In this document: in pieces, positions 36,041-47,166 of the stretch
Position numbering within the stretch: position 1 is the stretch's first letter
How the letters are laid out: each line of letters opens with the position of its first letter
Notes under the pieces: model-generated
Databases searched by the model: none
Seen by the model: the letters and a program-made list of their open reading frames with translations, nothing else
What the model was told of the DNA's origin: nothing
NCBI GenBank assembly: GCA_913048435.1
Contig: CAJWWC010000001.1
Location: 25,281 to 89,280, forward strand
Source: an uncultured Flavobacteriales bacterium
Lineage (GTDB): Bacteria > Bacteroidota > Bacteroidia > Flavobacteriales > UBA7312
Direction: 5' to 3'
DNA length: 64,000 bases
Position numbers and translations under genes: made by a program

Positions 36041-37018
36041 ATGATTAAAAAACAGAAAATTTTAGTGATAAGATTTTCATCTATTGGTGATATTATATTA
36101 ACTACTCCAGTCGTTAGAGAACTTAAACAAAAAAACTTTATCATACATTTTTTAACTAAGTTCAATAATATTTCAACTATTAAGAATAATATTTTTATTG
36201 ATAAAATATATGTAATCAATAAATCAATTTATGAGATTGTATGTGATTTAAAAGAAGAAAGCTATGATGTAATTGTTGATTTACATAATAATTTAAGATC
36301 AAATTTTTTAAGAATAATTTTAGGTGTAAGAACTCTTAAAATCAGAAAAAATAACTTAGCTAAATTTTTATTTATAAATTTTGGTATTGATTTACTAAAC
36401 AATCAGCATGTAGTTAACAGAAATTTAAAAGTTATAAGCACTTTAGTTAACGATAAATATGACGACAATGGGCTCGACTTTTTTATTGATTTCAATAGCG
36501 TAAAAATCCATCTAACTGAAGATAAGTATATTGTTTGGTCGCTTTCCGGGTCTCACGATAATAAAAAGCTAACTTTTAAAATCATTAATGAAGTATTATT
36601 AAAAATTGATATTCCAATTGTATTCATAGGCGGTAATGATGATTTCATATTAGCAGATAAATTAGTAAAAAGTCACAACAAAAAAATACATAATTATTGT
36701 GGAAAAACAACATTAGATGAATCAGCTGCAATTATTAACAATTGTATAATTTTATTATCTAATGATACAGGAATGATGCATCTAGGAGCAGCTTTAAAGA
36801 AACCTATTATTTCTTTTTGGGGTTGTACTAAACCTTCTTTAGGATTTTATCCATATCAAAGCAATAATTTTTCAGAATTTGTTGTTTCAAGAAAATACTC
36901 TAGACCATGTTCAAGACATGGCCAAAAGTGTCGTGGAAAAAATAAATGTATTACAAGTATTAGTTCAGAAGAAATATTAATGAAATTACAATTATTTTTT
37001 GATAAAAAGAGCTTTTAG
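36041..37018 (+). CDS. Glycosyltransferase family 9 (LPS heptosyltransferase-like)
   Basis: KILVIRFSSIGDIILTTPVVRELK and SNDTGMMHLGAAL are GT9 hallmarks. GC is very low: hand counts give 20/100 at 36241-36340 and 23/100 at 36601-36700. Confidence 0.75.
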   Translation: MIKKQKILVIRFSSIGDIILTTPVVRELKQKNFIIHFLTKFNNISTIKNNIFIDKIYVINKSIYEIVCDLKEESYDVIVDLHNNLRSNFLRIILGVRTLKIRKNNLAKFLFINFGIDLLNNQHVVNRNLKVISTLVNDKYDDNGLDFFIDFNSVKIHLTEDKYIVWSLSGSHDNKKLTFKIINEVLLKIDIPIVFIGGNDDFILADKLVKSHNKKIHNYCGKTTLDESAAIINNCIILLSNDTGMMHLGAALKKPIISFWGCTKPSLGFYPYQSNNFSEFVVSRKYSRPCSRHGQKCRGKNKCITSISSEEILMKLQLFFDKKSF

Positions 37019-37507
37019 CTCATCAGCATCTTCTGGTTTTAATCTTCCTGAAAGTATTAAGCTTAATTGACGTCTTCTTAATGCTGCGTTGTAGCGTTTT
37101 TTTTCAACTTTAGATTCGGCAATAATCGAAGGAACAGAAATAGGGTTGCCTAATTGGTCAACCGCTACAAATGTAAAGATGGCCTCATTACATTTTACTC
37201 GACCTTTAGTAGTTTGATTTTCCATCCAAACATCTACAAACACTTCCATAGAAGATTTGAAAGCTCGCGAAACCTTTGCCTCAAGAGTTACAATACTGGC
37301 TCTGGGAATAGGCTTTTCAAAAGACACATTGTTGACAGAAGCTGTAACAACAATTCTACCACAATGGCGATGTGCAGATATAGCAGCGGCTATATCCATC
37401 CAGTGTAGTAGACGACCGCCCATAAGATTATCCAAGTTATTAGTGTCATTAGGAAGTACCATCTCAGTAAGAGTAGCTAAACTTTGTAAAGAAGTTCTAG
37501 AAGACAT
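36992..37507 (-). CDS. Acyl-CoA thioesterase (hotdog fold, YciA/Acot-like)
   Basis: 171 aa. LPNDTNNLDNLMGGRLLHWMDIAAAISAHRH is typical of this family. Confidence 0.75.
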   Translation of the reverse strand: MSSRTSLQSLATLTEMVLPNDTNNLDNLMGGRLLHWMDIAAAISAHRHCGRIVVTASVNNVSFEKPIPRASIVTLEAKVSRAFKSSMEVFVDVWMENQTTKGRVKCNEAIFTFVAVDQLGNPISVPSIIAESKVEKKRYNAALRRRQLSLILSGRLKPEDADELKALFIKK

Positions 37508-37511
37508 TGTT

Positions 37512-38492
37512 TTAGTTTATTGATAAGATCCAAGCAGAAGGATTCATTTTTCTTATTTCTCGTAAGGCTGACAAAGCTTCTGTATAATTATTGAAGCCAT
37601 CGTAACATACTCTGTAAAGCCCTGAATGGCTTTGATTAACTATTTTGGACTTGCCAAATTTAGCATTTTTTAATTTTACAATCATTTTTTGTGCATTTTT
37701 ATCAGATGAAAAAGCACCAGCAATGATGAAGTGTTTATCTAAGTTGATAGATGTAGTGACCATATTGTCTTTGGCCTCATAAAAGGACATTACTGCCTGT
37801 TCAATATTATTAGTTGGGCTTTCAATATCAAATTTATTTGGATTATATGATTTACTAGTTTCAACAATTTCCGTAGTTGATGAAGAAAAAGGTGAAAGGT
37901 TGGCATAAGTGGTTTGTATCTTCTCTTTATTGCTAATACCTAAAGCGCTTAACATAAATAATGGTAAAAAAACAGCAGCAGCTTTCAACCAAACCTTTTT
38001 GCTACTAGTAATACGTTTCTTGTCTATGCGCTTTATTTTTTCTTCAAATTGTTCTTGTATAGATGTTCTATTTATGGCTGGATATTGTACTGTACTTAGC
38101 CCAAAGCTGTCTAGCAAATGATTATGTGAGTTGCTCTGAACAAATAAGATGTTACCTTCAGAAGTGTATAATAATGTACCAACTTCTTGGATGATCACCT
38201 TTTTATATAGTTTTAAGGATTCTTTCAAGTCTAGTACATATTTATCCAATTCTTTTTTAGCTTGTTTGAATGTCAATCCCTCGCAAAATGCAATTTCATT
38301 GACAAGTAATCCGTCGTTACTTTGTAAACTTTTATTAAACAAAATACTTTTTTTAGGAGCATACACGGAGTGTGAACTACTTTCTATTCTGGCTGACTTA
38401 TAGTTTGCAACGAAACCCCCAAAGCCAGGAATTATAACACAGTTGTGTTCATGTAGTAGTGATAATATGTAGTTATTAATTTTTGTTTTCAT
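37512..38492 (-). CDS. HU-CCDC81-like N-terminal domain / SPOR C-terminal domain protein
   Basis: 326 aa with N-terminal LLHEHNCVIIPGFGGFVANY, a central TM, and a C-terminal SPOR-like FIIAGAFSSDKNAQKMIVKLK...GLYRVCYDGFNNYTEALSALREIR. Confidence 0.65.
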   Translation of the reverse strand: MKTKINNYILSLLHEHNCVIIPGFGGFVANYKSARIESSSHSVYAPKKSILFNKSLQSNDGLLVNEIAFCEGLTFKQAKKELDKYVLDLKESLKLYKKVIIQEVGTLLYTSEGNILFVQSNSHNHLLDSFGLSTVQYPAINRTSIQEQFEEKIKRIDKKRITSSKKVWLKAAAVFLPLFMLSALGISNKEKIQTTYANLSPFSSSTTEIVETSKSYNPNKFDIESPTNNIEQAVMSFYEAKDNMVTTSINLDKHFIIAGAFSSDKNAQKMIVKLKNAKFGKSKIVNQSHSGLYRVCYDGFNNYTEALSALREIRKMNPSAWILSIN

Positions 38493-38552
38493 CGTCAGCT
38501 AAATTATCAAAATCAGTCACCGTCCCCAAATCTTTCATTATTTTTTTTTGTT

Positions 38553-40904
38553 TTAAATTGAAATACCCAATTTAAATGATAGATTCCTTGGAGCCATCAT
38601 ATTGGCTGGACGAGACTGATATTCTCTATTTAATAAATTATTGACTATTAATGAGAAAGTGATTGATTGATTAAAATCATATATAAAACGAGAGTCTATA
38701 ATAAAGTCACCATTAGCAATTTTTTCTCTTGATTCAGGTATACCCGGCACTAAATTTTCAAAAAATGGTTCAACAAATATTCTATCGATATTTAGCATAA
38801 AGCTATTGTATCTAAAACTTGTTCCAATTGACCATTTTCTAAATTTATACTGCATATCTAATTTAGTAACATGTTTATGTCTGTATTTTAAAAAAAGAGA
38901 ATTTGAATCCAATGAACTGGTATTATAATAATTTAATTCATTTCCATTTATATCTTCTCCATAGGCAATTTGCGGACTAATGGGAACAGCATCTATGTAA
39001 GTATAACCCCCTAAAAGTGAAAGTTCATTTTTTCCAATTTTACCGCCAGCACTTAAAGAAAATTCAACTCCTGAAATTCTAGTGTCGCCAATGTTAATTG
39101 ATTTGAAACCTAATCCTAGATTTTCAGATGTTGTTTGCTCCCATTGCCCAAAGCTAAATTCCATCATGTTTTTGTACTCCATAATAAAGCCAGAAAAATC
39201 TAAAAAACCACCCCAATTCCTAATTTTAAAACCTTGCTTTATCGCAATTTCGGAACTCCAACCTGATTCGGGTTTTAAATTTGGATTTTGATAAACATAA
39301 ATTCCACTAGTTACTTCAGTTTCGATGAATAGTTCAGCTATACTTGGGAAACGATACCCTTGCCCCCATGATGATCTCAAAAATGTGGCTTCAGCTATTT
39401 GATAATTTATACCTGCTCTAAAAACAGGCTTAGCGGCTTTAAATGAACTAATACTGTCACCGTCTATCTGATATAGTTCACTTGTTTCTAGCTTAAACTG
39501 TTCATATCTGGCTCCAAAGGATAAGTTTATTCTATTACCAATTTTTTTATCTAGTTGAGTAAAAACCGCATTATTAAGCCTGAAGTTAGTACCATTAAAT
39601 AATTCTGCAACAGCATCAACATATTCATTCATAATTCCAGATGTCCAATTAAGTCTGTATTTGTTAAGGTACTTTTGATATTGGTATTCTGTATAATAAG
39701 TTTTAGATTGATTATCTTGTCCATCGGGATTATTTTTTGTTTCATTATCATTAATAACTTTCATGTAACGTGTTCTCAGACTGTGTTTATCTGAATTATT
39801 CGGATTTATGTAAGTAATGTATGGGTCAATATTAAACACATCCCCACTAGTTTTAGTTACGGAACTGTCTAGTGGAATGAATGCTGATTCATAACTTTCC
39901 CATATAAGTGCTGATGCAGTTTCATTAAATAAAAAATTAGCATTCAATCCATATGATAGTCCATCAATTTTTTGGTCTATATAGCGTGTATTAAAATTGA
40001 TTCTTTTACTAGACGTTTTTTCTTTGTATCTGTAACCTTGATCCCAAAGTAAAAATCCACCTAAAACAAGATCCAAATTGCCAATTTTTTGTTTGTGCAA
40101 AAAATCCATCCCTGAAATATTTCTTTTATTGTCGCCCCACCAATTTAAACTATTCCTTCTTGCGTTATCATAAAATCCAGCATGCAGATTAACTCTAGTC
40201 TCTGGCTTTTTAGTTGGATAAGCTGTCCTAATATTAATTACCCCGTTTAGAGCGGATGATCCATACAATGCTGATGTTGCCCCTTTGATGATTTCTACTT
40301 GATTTATATTTTCTGTTGATATTAAACTCCATTGAGCTTGCCCTGCATCTCCAGAAATAAGCGGCATATCATCAACCAATACTTGAACGCGTGTGCCTGC
40401 ACCATAACTCCATCCGCTACCCCCTCGAATATTTGCCTGGCCATCAGTTATATTTACGCCTGGAACTTGATCAATGGCTGTTTGTATATTCGTTGTGTTT
40501 TTATCAGCAATCAAATTTGGCTTTATCACTTCAATTGAAACAGTAGTTTCTTCAATTCGTTGTTCAAACTTTCCTGCAGACACTACAACAGTTTTTATTT
40601 GCTTGGCGTCTTCAATCATTTCAACTTCAAAGTGTTTAATTTCTGATAAGAGATTAAAATTTATCTTTTGTTCCTTGTAGCCTATAAACTTGAAGAGTAA
40701 TTCGTGATCACCAGCCGATGTATTAATACTAAATTTTCCATCAATGTCAGAGGAAGTGACACCTTTGCCATCTATTAATATATTTACTCCAGTTAATGTT
40801 TCTTTACTTAGTTTGTCGAAAATTTGCCCAGTTACTTCTTGTCCTTTTGAATTCAAATATGTGAATATGTTGAGAACAATAAAACAAGACCAGAGATTTT
40901 TCAT
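38553..40904 (-). CDS. TonB-dependent receptor with N-terminal carboxypeptidase-regulatory-like domain
   Basis: 783 aa with a signal peptide, a CarboxypepD_reg-like segment (VTGQIFDKLSKETLTGVNILIDG...DGKFSI), a plug (IEIIKGATSALYGSSALNGVINI) and a long beta-barrel region. Confidence 0.85.
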   Translation of the reverse strand: MKNLWSCFIVLNIFTYLNSKGQEVTGQIFDKLSKETLTGVNILIDGKGVTSSDIDGKFSINTSAGDHELLFKFIGYKEQKINFNLLSEIKHFEVEMIEDAKQIKTVVVSAGKFEQRIEETTVSIEVIKPNLIADKNTTNIQTAIDQVPGVNITDGQANIRGGSGWSYGAGTRVQVLVDDMPLISGDAGQAQWSLISTENINQVEIIKGATSALYGSSALNGVINIRTAYPTKKPETRVNLHAGFYDNARRNSLNWWGDNKRNISGMDFLHKQKIGNLDLVLGGFLLWDQGYRYKEKTSSKRINFNTRYIDQKIDGLSYGLNANFLFNETASALIWESYESAFIPLDSSVTKTSGDVFNIDPYITYINPNNSDKHSLRTRYMKVINDNETKNNPDGQDNQSKTYYTEYQYQKYLNKYRLNWTSGIMNEYVDAVAELFNGTNFRLNNAVFTQLDKKIGNRINLSFGARYEQFKLETSELYQIDGDSISSFKAAKPVFRAGINYQIAEATFLRSSWGQGYRFPSIAELFIETEVTSGIYVYQNPNLKPESGWSSEIAIKQGFKIRNWGGFLDFSGFIMEYKNMMEFSFGQWEQTTSENLGLGFKSINIGDTRISGVEFSLSAGGKIGKNELSLLGGYTYIDAVPISPQIAYGEDINGNELNYYNTSSLDSNSLFLKYRHKHVTKLDMQYKFRKWSIGTSFRYNSFMLNIDRIFVEPFFENLVPGIPESREKIANGDFIIDSRFIYDFNQSITFSLIVNNLLNREYQSRPANMMAPRNLSFKLGISI

Positions 40905-40931
40905 GAATAAAATATTTATTCACGCAAAGTA

Positions 40932-40939
40932 CAAATTTA
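40932..40939 (-). promoter_or_regulatory. Putative -7 box TAAATTTG for the TonB-dependent receptor (27-nt spacer)
   Basis: The reverse complement of caaattta. Confidence 0.35.
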
Positions 40940-41014
40940 TAGCACCTTTCTGTAATTTATAATTTAATTTTTGTGGACTTGTATTTTTAAATGAATAAAT
41001 ATTAAAAAAATTAA

Positions 41015-42487
<1,473 letters not shown>

Positions 42488-42508
42488 ATTGGGAAAATAA
42501 TTCTTAGT

Positions 42509-42531
42509 AAAGGGGAGGAGACTCCCTTTTT
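42509..42531 (+). terminator. Rho-independent terminator after gdhA
   Basis: aaaggggag-GAGA-ctccctttt forms a 9-bp stem (one G-U) with a GAGA tetraloop, running into a T-tract. Confidence 0.75.
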
Positions 42532-42556
42532 CTATTCTTAAAATATTTTTAATAGT

Positions 42557-43747
42557 ATGTATGGAAAATTAAAAAATCAATTGATTGAGGAGCTAAACTC
42601 AATAAAAGAATCCGGTCTTTACAAAAATGAAAGAACCATAGTTACTCCACAGGGGGCTGACATACGTGTTAATAGTGGTGACGAGGTCATTAATTTTTGT
42701 TCGAATAATTATTTAGGATTATCTTCTCATCCTAGAGTAATTAGTGCAGCCAAAGATAGTTTAGATACTCATGGTTTTGGATTGTCTTCAGTTAGGTTTA
42801 TCTGTGGCACTCAAGATATTCACAAGACTCTTGAACACAAATTAACTAAATTTTTAGGTACAGAAGATACTATTCTTTATGCTGCAGCTTTTGATGCAAA
42901 TGGAGGATTATTTGAGCCGCTTTTCCTAAAGGATGATGCCATAATTTCTGACTCTTTAAATCATGCTTCAATAATAGATGGTGTTCGTTTATGTAAGGCT
43001 GTTCGTTACCGTTACAACAATAATGATTTGGCTGATTTAGAACAAAAATTGATTGAATCACAAGCCCAACGCAATAGAGTTATTGTCACTGATGGTGTGT
43101 TTTCAATGGACGGTTACATTGCTCAGTTAGATAAAATTTGTGATTTAGCTGATAAATATGATGCTTTAGTTATGGTGGACGAATGTCATTCAACAGGTTT
43201 TGTTGGCAAAACGGGAAGAGGGACTCACGAATACCACAATGTCATGGGTAGAGTTGATATTATTACCGGAACCTTAGGAAAGGCATTGGGCGGAGCCATG
43301 GGAGGCTTTACTTCTGGAAGGAAAGAAATTATTGATATTTTAAGACAACGCTCTAGGCCATATTTATTTTCTAATTCTTTAGCGCCATCCATTGTTGGTT
43401 CAGCTATCGAAGTACTTGATATCCTGTCAAATTCTACAGAGCTAAGGGACAGACTGGAAAGTAATACCTCTTATTTCAGGAGTAAAATGACTGAAGCAGG
43501 TTTTGATATAAAGGAGGGCGTACACCCTATCGTACCAGTTATGTTATACGATGCCAAAACTTCTCAAATAATGGCAGATAAATTATTAAAAGAGGGTATT
43601 TATGTCATAGGGTTCTTTTACCCTGTAGTGCCAAAAGATCAGGCCAGAATTAGAGTTCAAGTTTCAGCAGCTCATAACAAAGAGCACCTTGATAAAGCCA
43701 TAGCTGCTTTTATTAAGGTTGGTAAGGAAATGAAAATTATCAACTAA
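42557..43747 (+). CDS. kbl: Glycine C-acetyltransferase (2-amino-3-ketobutyrate CoA ligase)
   Basis: 396 aa with [24 protein letters not shown] and PLP-Lys GTLGKALGG. Confidence 0.85.
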   Translation: MYGKLKNQLIEELNSIKESGLYKNERTIVTPQGADIRVNSGDEVINFCSNNYLGLSSHPRVISAAKDSLDTHGFGLSSVRFICGTQDIHKTLEHKLTKFLGTEDTILYAAAFDANGGLFEPLFLKDDAIISDSLNHASIIDGVRLCKAVRYRYNNNDLADLEQKLIESQAQRNRVIVTDGVFSMDGYIAQLDKICDLADKYDALVMVDECHSTGFVGKTGRGTHEYHNVMGRVDIITGTLGKALGGAMGGFTSGRKEIIDILRQRSRPYLFSNSLAPSIVGSAIEVLDILSNSTELRDRLESNTSYFRSKMTEAGFDIKEGVHPIVPVMLYDAKTSQIMADKLLKEGIYVIGFFYPVVPKDQARIRVQVSAAHNKEHLDKAIAAFIKVGKEMKIIN

Positions 43748-43786
43748 TTATGGTTAATAAAATTTTGTTGAATTAAAATAAAGTTC

Positions 43787-43794
43787 TACTTTTG
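43787..43794 (+). promoter_or_regulatory. Putative promoter of the rplM-rpsI operon: -7 box TACTTTTG, with a TTTG at 43764-43767 as a -33 candidate
   Basis: Matches TAnnTTTG. An upstream TTTG lies 19 nt before the box. Confidence 0.5.
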
Positions 43795-43800
43795 CCGACC

Positions 43801-43823
43801 CTTTGGAATGTGGTATTTCAAAG
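43801..43823 (+). promoter_or_regulatory. 5'-proximal stem-loop in the rplM leader
   Basis: CTTTGGAAT-gtggt-ATTTCAAAG forms a 9-bp stem (one G-U) with a 5-nt loop. It begins about 6 nt after the -7 box and lies 27 nt before the GTG start. Confidence 0.5.
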
Positions 43824-43849
43824 TGTGCTAATAATAAAAATAATTTATA

Positions 43850-44299
43850 GTGGATACACTAAGTTATAAAACGGTATCAGCAAATAAAAAAACAGCTGAC
43901 AAACAGTGGGTTTTAGTAAATGCTGAAAATTTGGTTTTAGGTCGTTTAGCTTCTAGAGTAGCATCTATACTCAGAGGTAAGCACAAAACCAATTTCACCC
44001 CACACGCTGATTGTGGTGATTATGTAGTGGTTATAAACGCAGATAAGATTCGTTTAACAGGACACAAATGGACTGACAGAGAGCACTTTAAACACACGGG
44101 CTATCCGGGCGGACAAAAGAGGGTTTCCCCTAAAGAATTGTTCGACAGAGACCAAACATCATTAGTCCGTCAAGCTATTAAAGGTATGTTGCCAAAGAAT
44201 AAATTAGGCAATGCACTTTATTCTAACTTACATGTTTACGCTGGTACTGACCACAAGCACGAAGCACAAAAACCCAAAGAAGTAAAAATTAAAATATAA
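43850..44299 (+). CDS. rplM: 50S ribosomal protein L13
   Basis: 149 aa. MDTLSYKT...LGRLASRVASILRGKHK...TPHADCGDYVVVINA. GTG start. Confidence 0.95.
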   Translation: MDTLSYKTVSANKKTADKQWVLVNAENLVLGRLASRVASILRGKHKTNFTPHADCGDYVVVINADKIRLTGHKWTDREHFKHTGYPGGQKRVSPKELFDRDQTSLVRQAIKGMLPKNKLGNALYSNLHVYAGTDHKHEAQKPKEVKIKI

Positions 44300-44301
44300 C
44301 G

Positions 44302-44688
44302 ATGGATACAATACACACCATTGGAAGAAGAAAATCAGCTGTTGCTCGTATCTACATGAGCAAAGGCAAAGGAAATATCACAGTAAATAACCGTGAATCA
44401 GACAAGTATTTCACTACAGCTACTTTACTTTACAAATTAAACCAACCTTTCAGCCTAGTTGATATGGAAGGAAAATTTGATGTAAAAGTGAACGTAAGTG
44501 GTGGTGGTATTACTGGTCAAGTAGAAGCAGTACGATTGGCAATTTCTCGTGCCTTATGTCAGCTTGATCCTGAAAACCGTCCAGCTCTTAAAGTTGAAGG
44601 TTTGATGACGCGTGACCCAAGAATGGTGGAACGTAAAAAACCAGGACAAAAGAAAGCGCGTAAGAAATTCCAATTTAGTAAGCGTTAA
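44302..44688 (+). CDS. rpsI: 30S ribosomal protein S9
   Basis: 128 aa. GRRKSAVARIY...GGGITGQVEAVRLAISRAL...KKPGQKKARKKFQFSKR. Confidence 0.95.
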   Translation: MDTIHTIGRRKSAVARIYMSKGKGNITVNNRESDKYFTTATLLYKLNQPFSLVDMEGKFDVKVNVSGGGITGQVEAVRLAISRALCQLDPENRPALKVEGLMTRDPRMVERKKPGQKKARKKFQFSKR

Positions 44689-44780
44689 TATCTTAGGATA
44701 TTGTTTAGTATCTAAATTACTTAGACTATAAACTATACTACTAAGTGATTGTTAATTAATGAATGTAAACAATTTTAAAA

Positions 44781-45536
44781 ATGTCTAGAACAAATTTTAA
44801 AGAATTATTAGAATCAGGTGTACACTTCGGTCACCTAACAAGAAAGTGGAATCCCAAAATGGCTCCTTATATCTTTATGGAGAAAAATGGTATCCACGTT
44901 ATCGATCTCAACAAAACTATTACCAAGTTAGACCATGCCTGTGCAGCACTTAAACACTTAGCAAAGTCTGGTAGAAAAGTCATGTTTGTTGCTACAAAGA
45001 AACAAGCTAAAGAATCGGTATCTGCTCATGCAGAAAGAGTAAACATGCCATACATTACTGAAAGATGGTCTGGTGGTTTGCTAACCAATTTTGCTACTAT
45101 TCGCAAGGCGATTAAAAAAATGAATTCCATTGACAAAATGAAAGCCGATGGAACTATCGATACTTTATCTAAGAGAGAACGTTTACAAGTGTCAAGAACA
45201 CGTGATAAACTAGATAAAAACCTTGGTAGTATTGCCTCAATGAATAGAATCCCTGCAGCTTTATTTGTAGTAGATATTCACAGAGAGCACATTGCAATCG
45301 CTGAGGCTAAAAAATTAGGTATTCCAACCTTTGCTATTGTTGATACTAATTCTGACCCCAACTTAGTAGACTTTTGTATTCCTGGTAATGATGATGCAAG
45401 TCGTTCTATTGAAAAAATAGTTTCTAAAGTTGCAGATTCTATTCAAGAAGGTCTGTCAGAGAGAAATTCAGAAAAAGAAGTTGCTGATACTGTAAAAGTT
45501 GAAGATAAAATTGAAGTATCTTCTGAATCAGAATAA
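44781..45536 (+). CDS. rpsB: 30S ribosomal protein S2
   Basis: 251 aa. [24 protein letters not shown]...GIHVIDL. Confidence 0.95.
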   Translation: MSRTNFKELLESGVHFGHLTRKWNPKMAPYIFMEKNGIHVIDLNKTITKLDHACAALKHLAKSGRKVMFVATKKQAKESVSAHAERVNMPYITERWSGGLLTNFATIRKAIKKMNSIDKMKADGTIDTLSKRERLQVSRTRDKLDKNLGSIASMNRIPAALFVVDIHREHIAIAEAKKLGIPTFAIVDTNSDPNLVDFCIPGNDDASRSIEKIVSKVADSIQEGLSERNSEKEVADTVKVEDKIEVSSESE

Positions 45537-45562
45537 ACTATAACAAATTAAAATTTCACAAA

Positions 45563-46384
45563 ATGGTAAAAATTACTGCCTCTGAGGTGAATGCACTAAG
45601 AAAACAAACTGGTGCTGGAATGATGGATTGTAAAAAAGCTTTAGTAGAGGCCAAAGGGGATATGGCTAAAGCGATTGATATTCTTAGAAAAAAAGGACAA
45701 AAAGTAGCTGCAAAAAGAGCTGATAGAGAAGCGTCTGAAGGAGTTGTTCTCTCTTCAACAAATGGCCAATTTGGAGCTCTTATAGCACTTAATTGTGAAA
45801 CGGACTTCGTAGCAAAAAATGAAAGTTTCATTGCATTAGCACAGTCTTTCTTAGACGTAGCAATGTCAAACAAACCTACTGATTTAGCTGCACTAAAAGC
45901 CTGTTCATTAGGTGATATGACTGTTGAAGAAAAAATTATTGAGCAAACAGGTGTTATTGGTGAAAAATTAGATTTATCATCATACGAAACTATAGAATCT
46001 TCGCAGGTAGCTGCATATATCCATGGAGGAAATCGTTTAGCAACTTTAGTAGGCCTCAACTCTGTTGTTGATGAGCAAGTAGGTAAAGATGTTGCTATGC
46101 AAGTAGCGGCTATGAACCCTATCGCTTTAGATAAAGAATCTGTTTCTCAAGCAACGATAGACAACGAAATGGATGTGGCTAAAGATTTAGCTCGTCAAGA
46201 AGGAAAACCTGAAGATATGCTTGAGAAAATAGCCATTGGTCGTTTGAATAAATTCTTTAAAGAAAATACTTTATTAAACCAGGAATTTATTAAGGAATCT
46301 AAAACTTCAGTATCTCAATATTTAAATAAGGTTCAAAAAGATTTAACAATAACTGATTTTAAAAGAGTTGGACTTGGAGTATAA
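45563..46384 (+). CDS. tsf: Translation elongation factor Ts
   Basis: 273 aa. ITASEVNALRKQTGAGMMDCKKAL...CETDFVAKN. Confidence 0.95.
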   Translation: MVKITASEVNALRKQTGAGMMDCKKALVEAKGDMAKAIDILRKKGQKVAAKRADREASEGVVLSSTNGQFGALIALNCETDFVAKNESFIALAQSFLDVAMSNKPTDLAALKACSLGDMTVEEKIIEQTGVIGEKLDLSSYETIESSQVAAYIHGGNRLATLVGLNSVVDEQVGKDVAMQVAAMNPIALDKESVSQATIDNEMDVAKDLARQEGKPEDMLEKIAIGRLNKFFKENTLLNQEFIKESKTSVSQYLNKVQKDLTITDFKRVGLGV

Positions 46385-46401
46385 TTTTGATTAAATCAAT
46401 T

Positions 46402-46430
46402 GAGAGAGTGTTTTTCACTCTCTTTTTTTT
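46402..46430 (+). terminator. Rho-independent terminator after tsf
   Basis: gagagagtg-ttttt-cactctct is followed by T7. Confidence 0.8.
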
Positions 46431-46448
46431 GCCTTAAATTAGCACACT

Positions 46449-47156
46449 ATGAAATACAAAAGAGTTCTTTTAAAATTAAGTGGAGAAGCCCTGATGGGCG
46501 ACAACCAATTTGGCATTGATACAAAAAAGTTATCAGCATATGCTGATGAAATAAAAACCGCTGTGGATTATGGCGTTGAACTTGCCGTAGTTATTGGAGG
46601 AGGAAATATATTCAGAGGTGTTCAGATTGAAGGTCAAGGTCTAGATAGAGTCCAAGGTGATTACATGGGAATGTTGGCAACAATAATTAATGGAATGGCG
46701 CTTCAGTCAGCTTTAGAAAAAGCTAACGTAGAAACACGCTTGTTGACAGCTATTAAAATGGAACAAGTAGCGGAACCATTCATACGTCGCCGTGCCATGC
46801 GTCATTTACAAAAACGCAGAGTGGTTATTTTTGGTGGTGGTACAGGAAACCCTTATTTTACAACAGATACTGCTGCTACTCTCAGAGCAATAGAAATTGA
46901 GGCTGATGTTATTCTCAAAGGAACTCGAGTTGATGGTATTTACACTGCTGATCCTGAGAAGGACAAAACTGCAACTAAATACGATACAATTACATTCAAA
47001 GAGGTTTATGAGAAAGAATTAAATATTATGGATATGACTGCATTTACTTTATGTAATGAAAATAGATTACCAATTGTTGTATTTGATATAAATAAAAAAC
47101 AAAATTTATTTAAGATGCTTAAAGGAGAATCTGTTGGTACTAAAGTCAATTTTTAG
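46449..47156 (+). CDS. pyrH: UMP kinase
   Basis: 235 aa. [13 protein letters not shown]...[10 protein letters not shown]...[13 protein letters not shown]. Confidence 0.95.
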   Translation: MKYKRVLLKLSGEALMGDNQFGIDTKKLSAYADEIKTAVDYGVELAVVIGGGNIFRGVQIEGQGLDRVQGDYMGMLATIINGMALQSALEKANVETRLLTAIKMEQVAEPFIRRRAMRHLQKRRVVIFGGGTGNPYFTTDTAATLRAIEIEADVILKGTRVDGIYTADPEKDKTATKYDTITFKEVYEKELNIMDMTAFTLCNENRLPIVVFDINKKQNLFKMLKGESVGTKVNF

Positions 47157-47166
47157 AATTATTATT

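Noticed and set aside
44689-44780. Possible structured leader upstream of rpsB, based on small hairpins such as TTACTTAG/CTAAGTGA and ATTGTT/AACAAT.
   Set aside because: The stems are short, AT-rich and imperfect. No promoter box could be identified to define the transcript, so covariation data would be needed before making a call.
45556-46059. A 167-aa ORF antisense to tsf, together with many other 60-127 aa ORFs in the track that lie antisense to or inside large genes. Examples are 974-1300, 5277-5624, 5760-6077, 9309-9605, 18589-18951, 23104-23466, 23542-23925 and 55541-55846.
   Set aside because: Each one lies entirely within a confidently identified gene on the opposite strand or in another frame. 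They have low-complexity or Ser/Leu/Ile-rich composition typical of antisense frames. They also lack promoter boxes and recognisable motifs.
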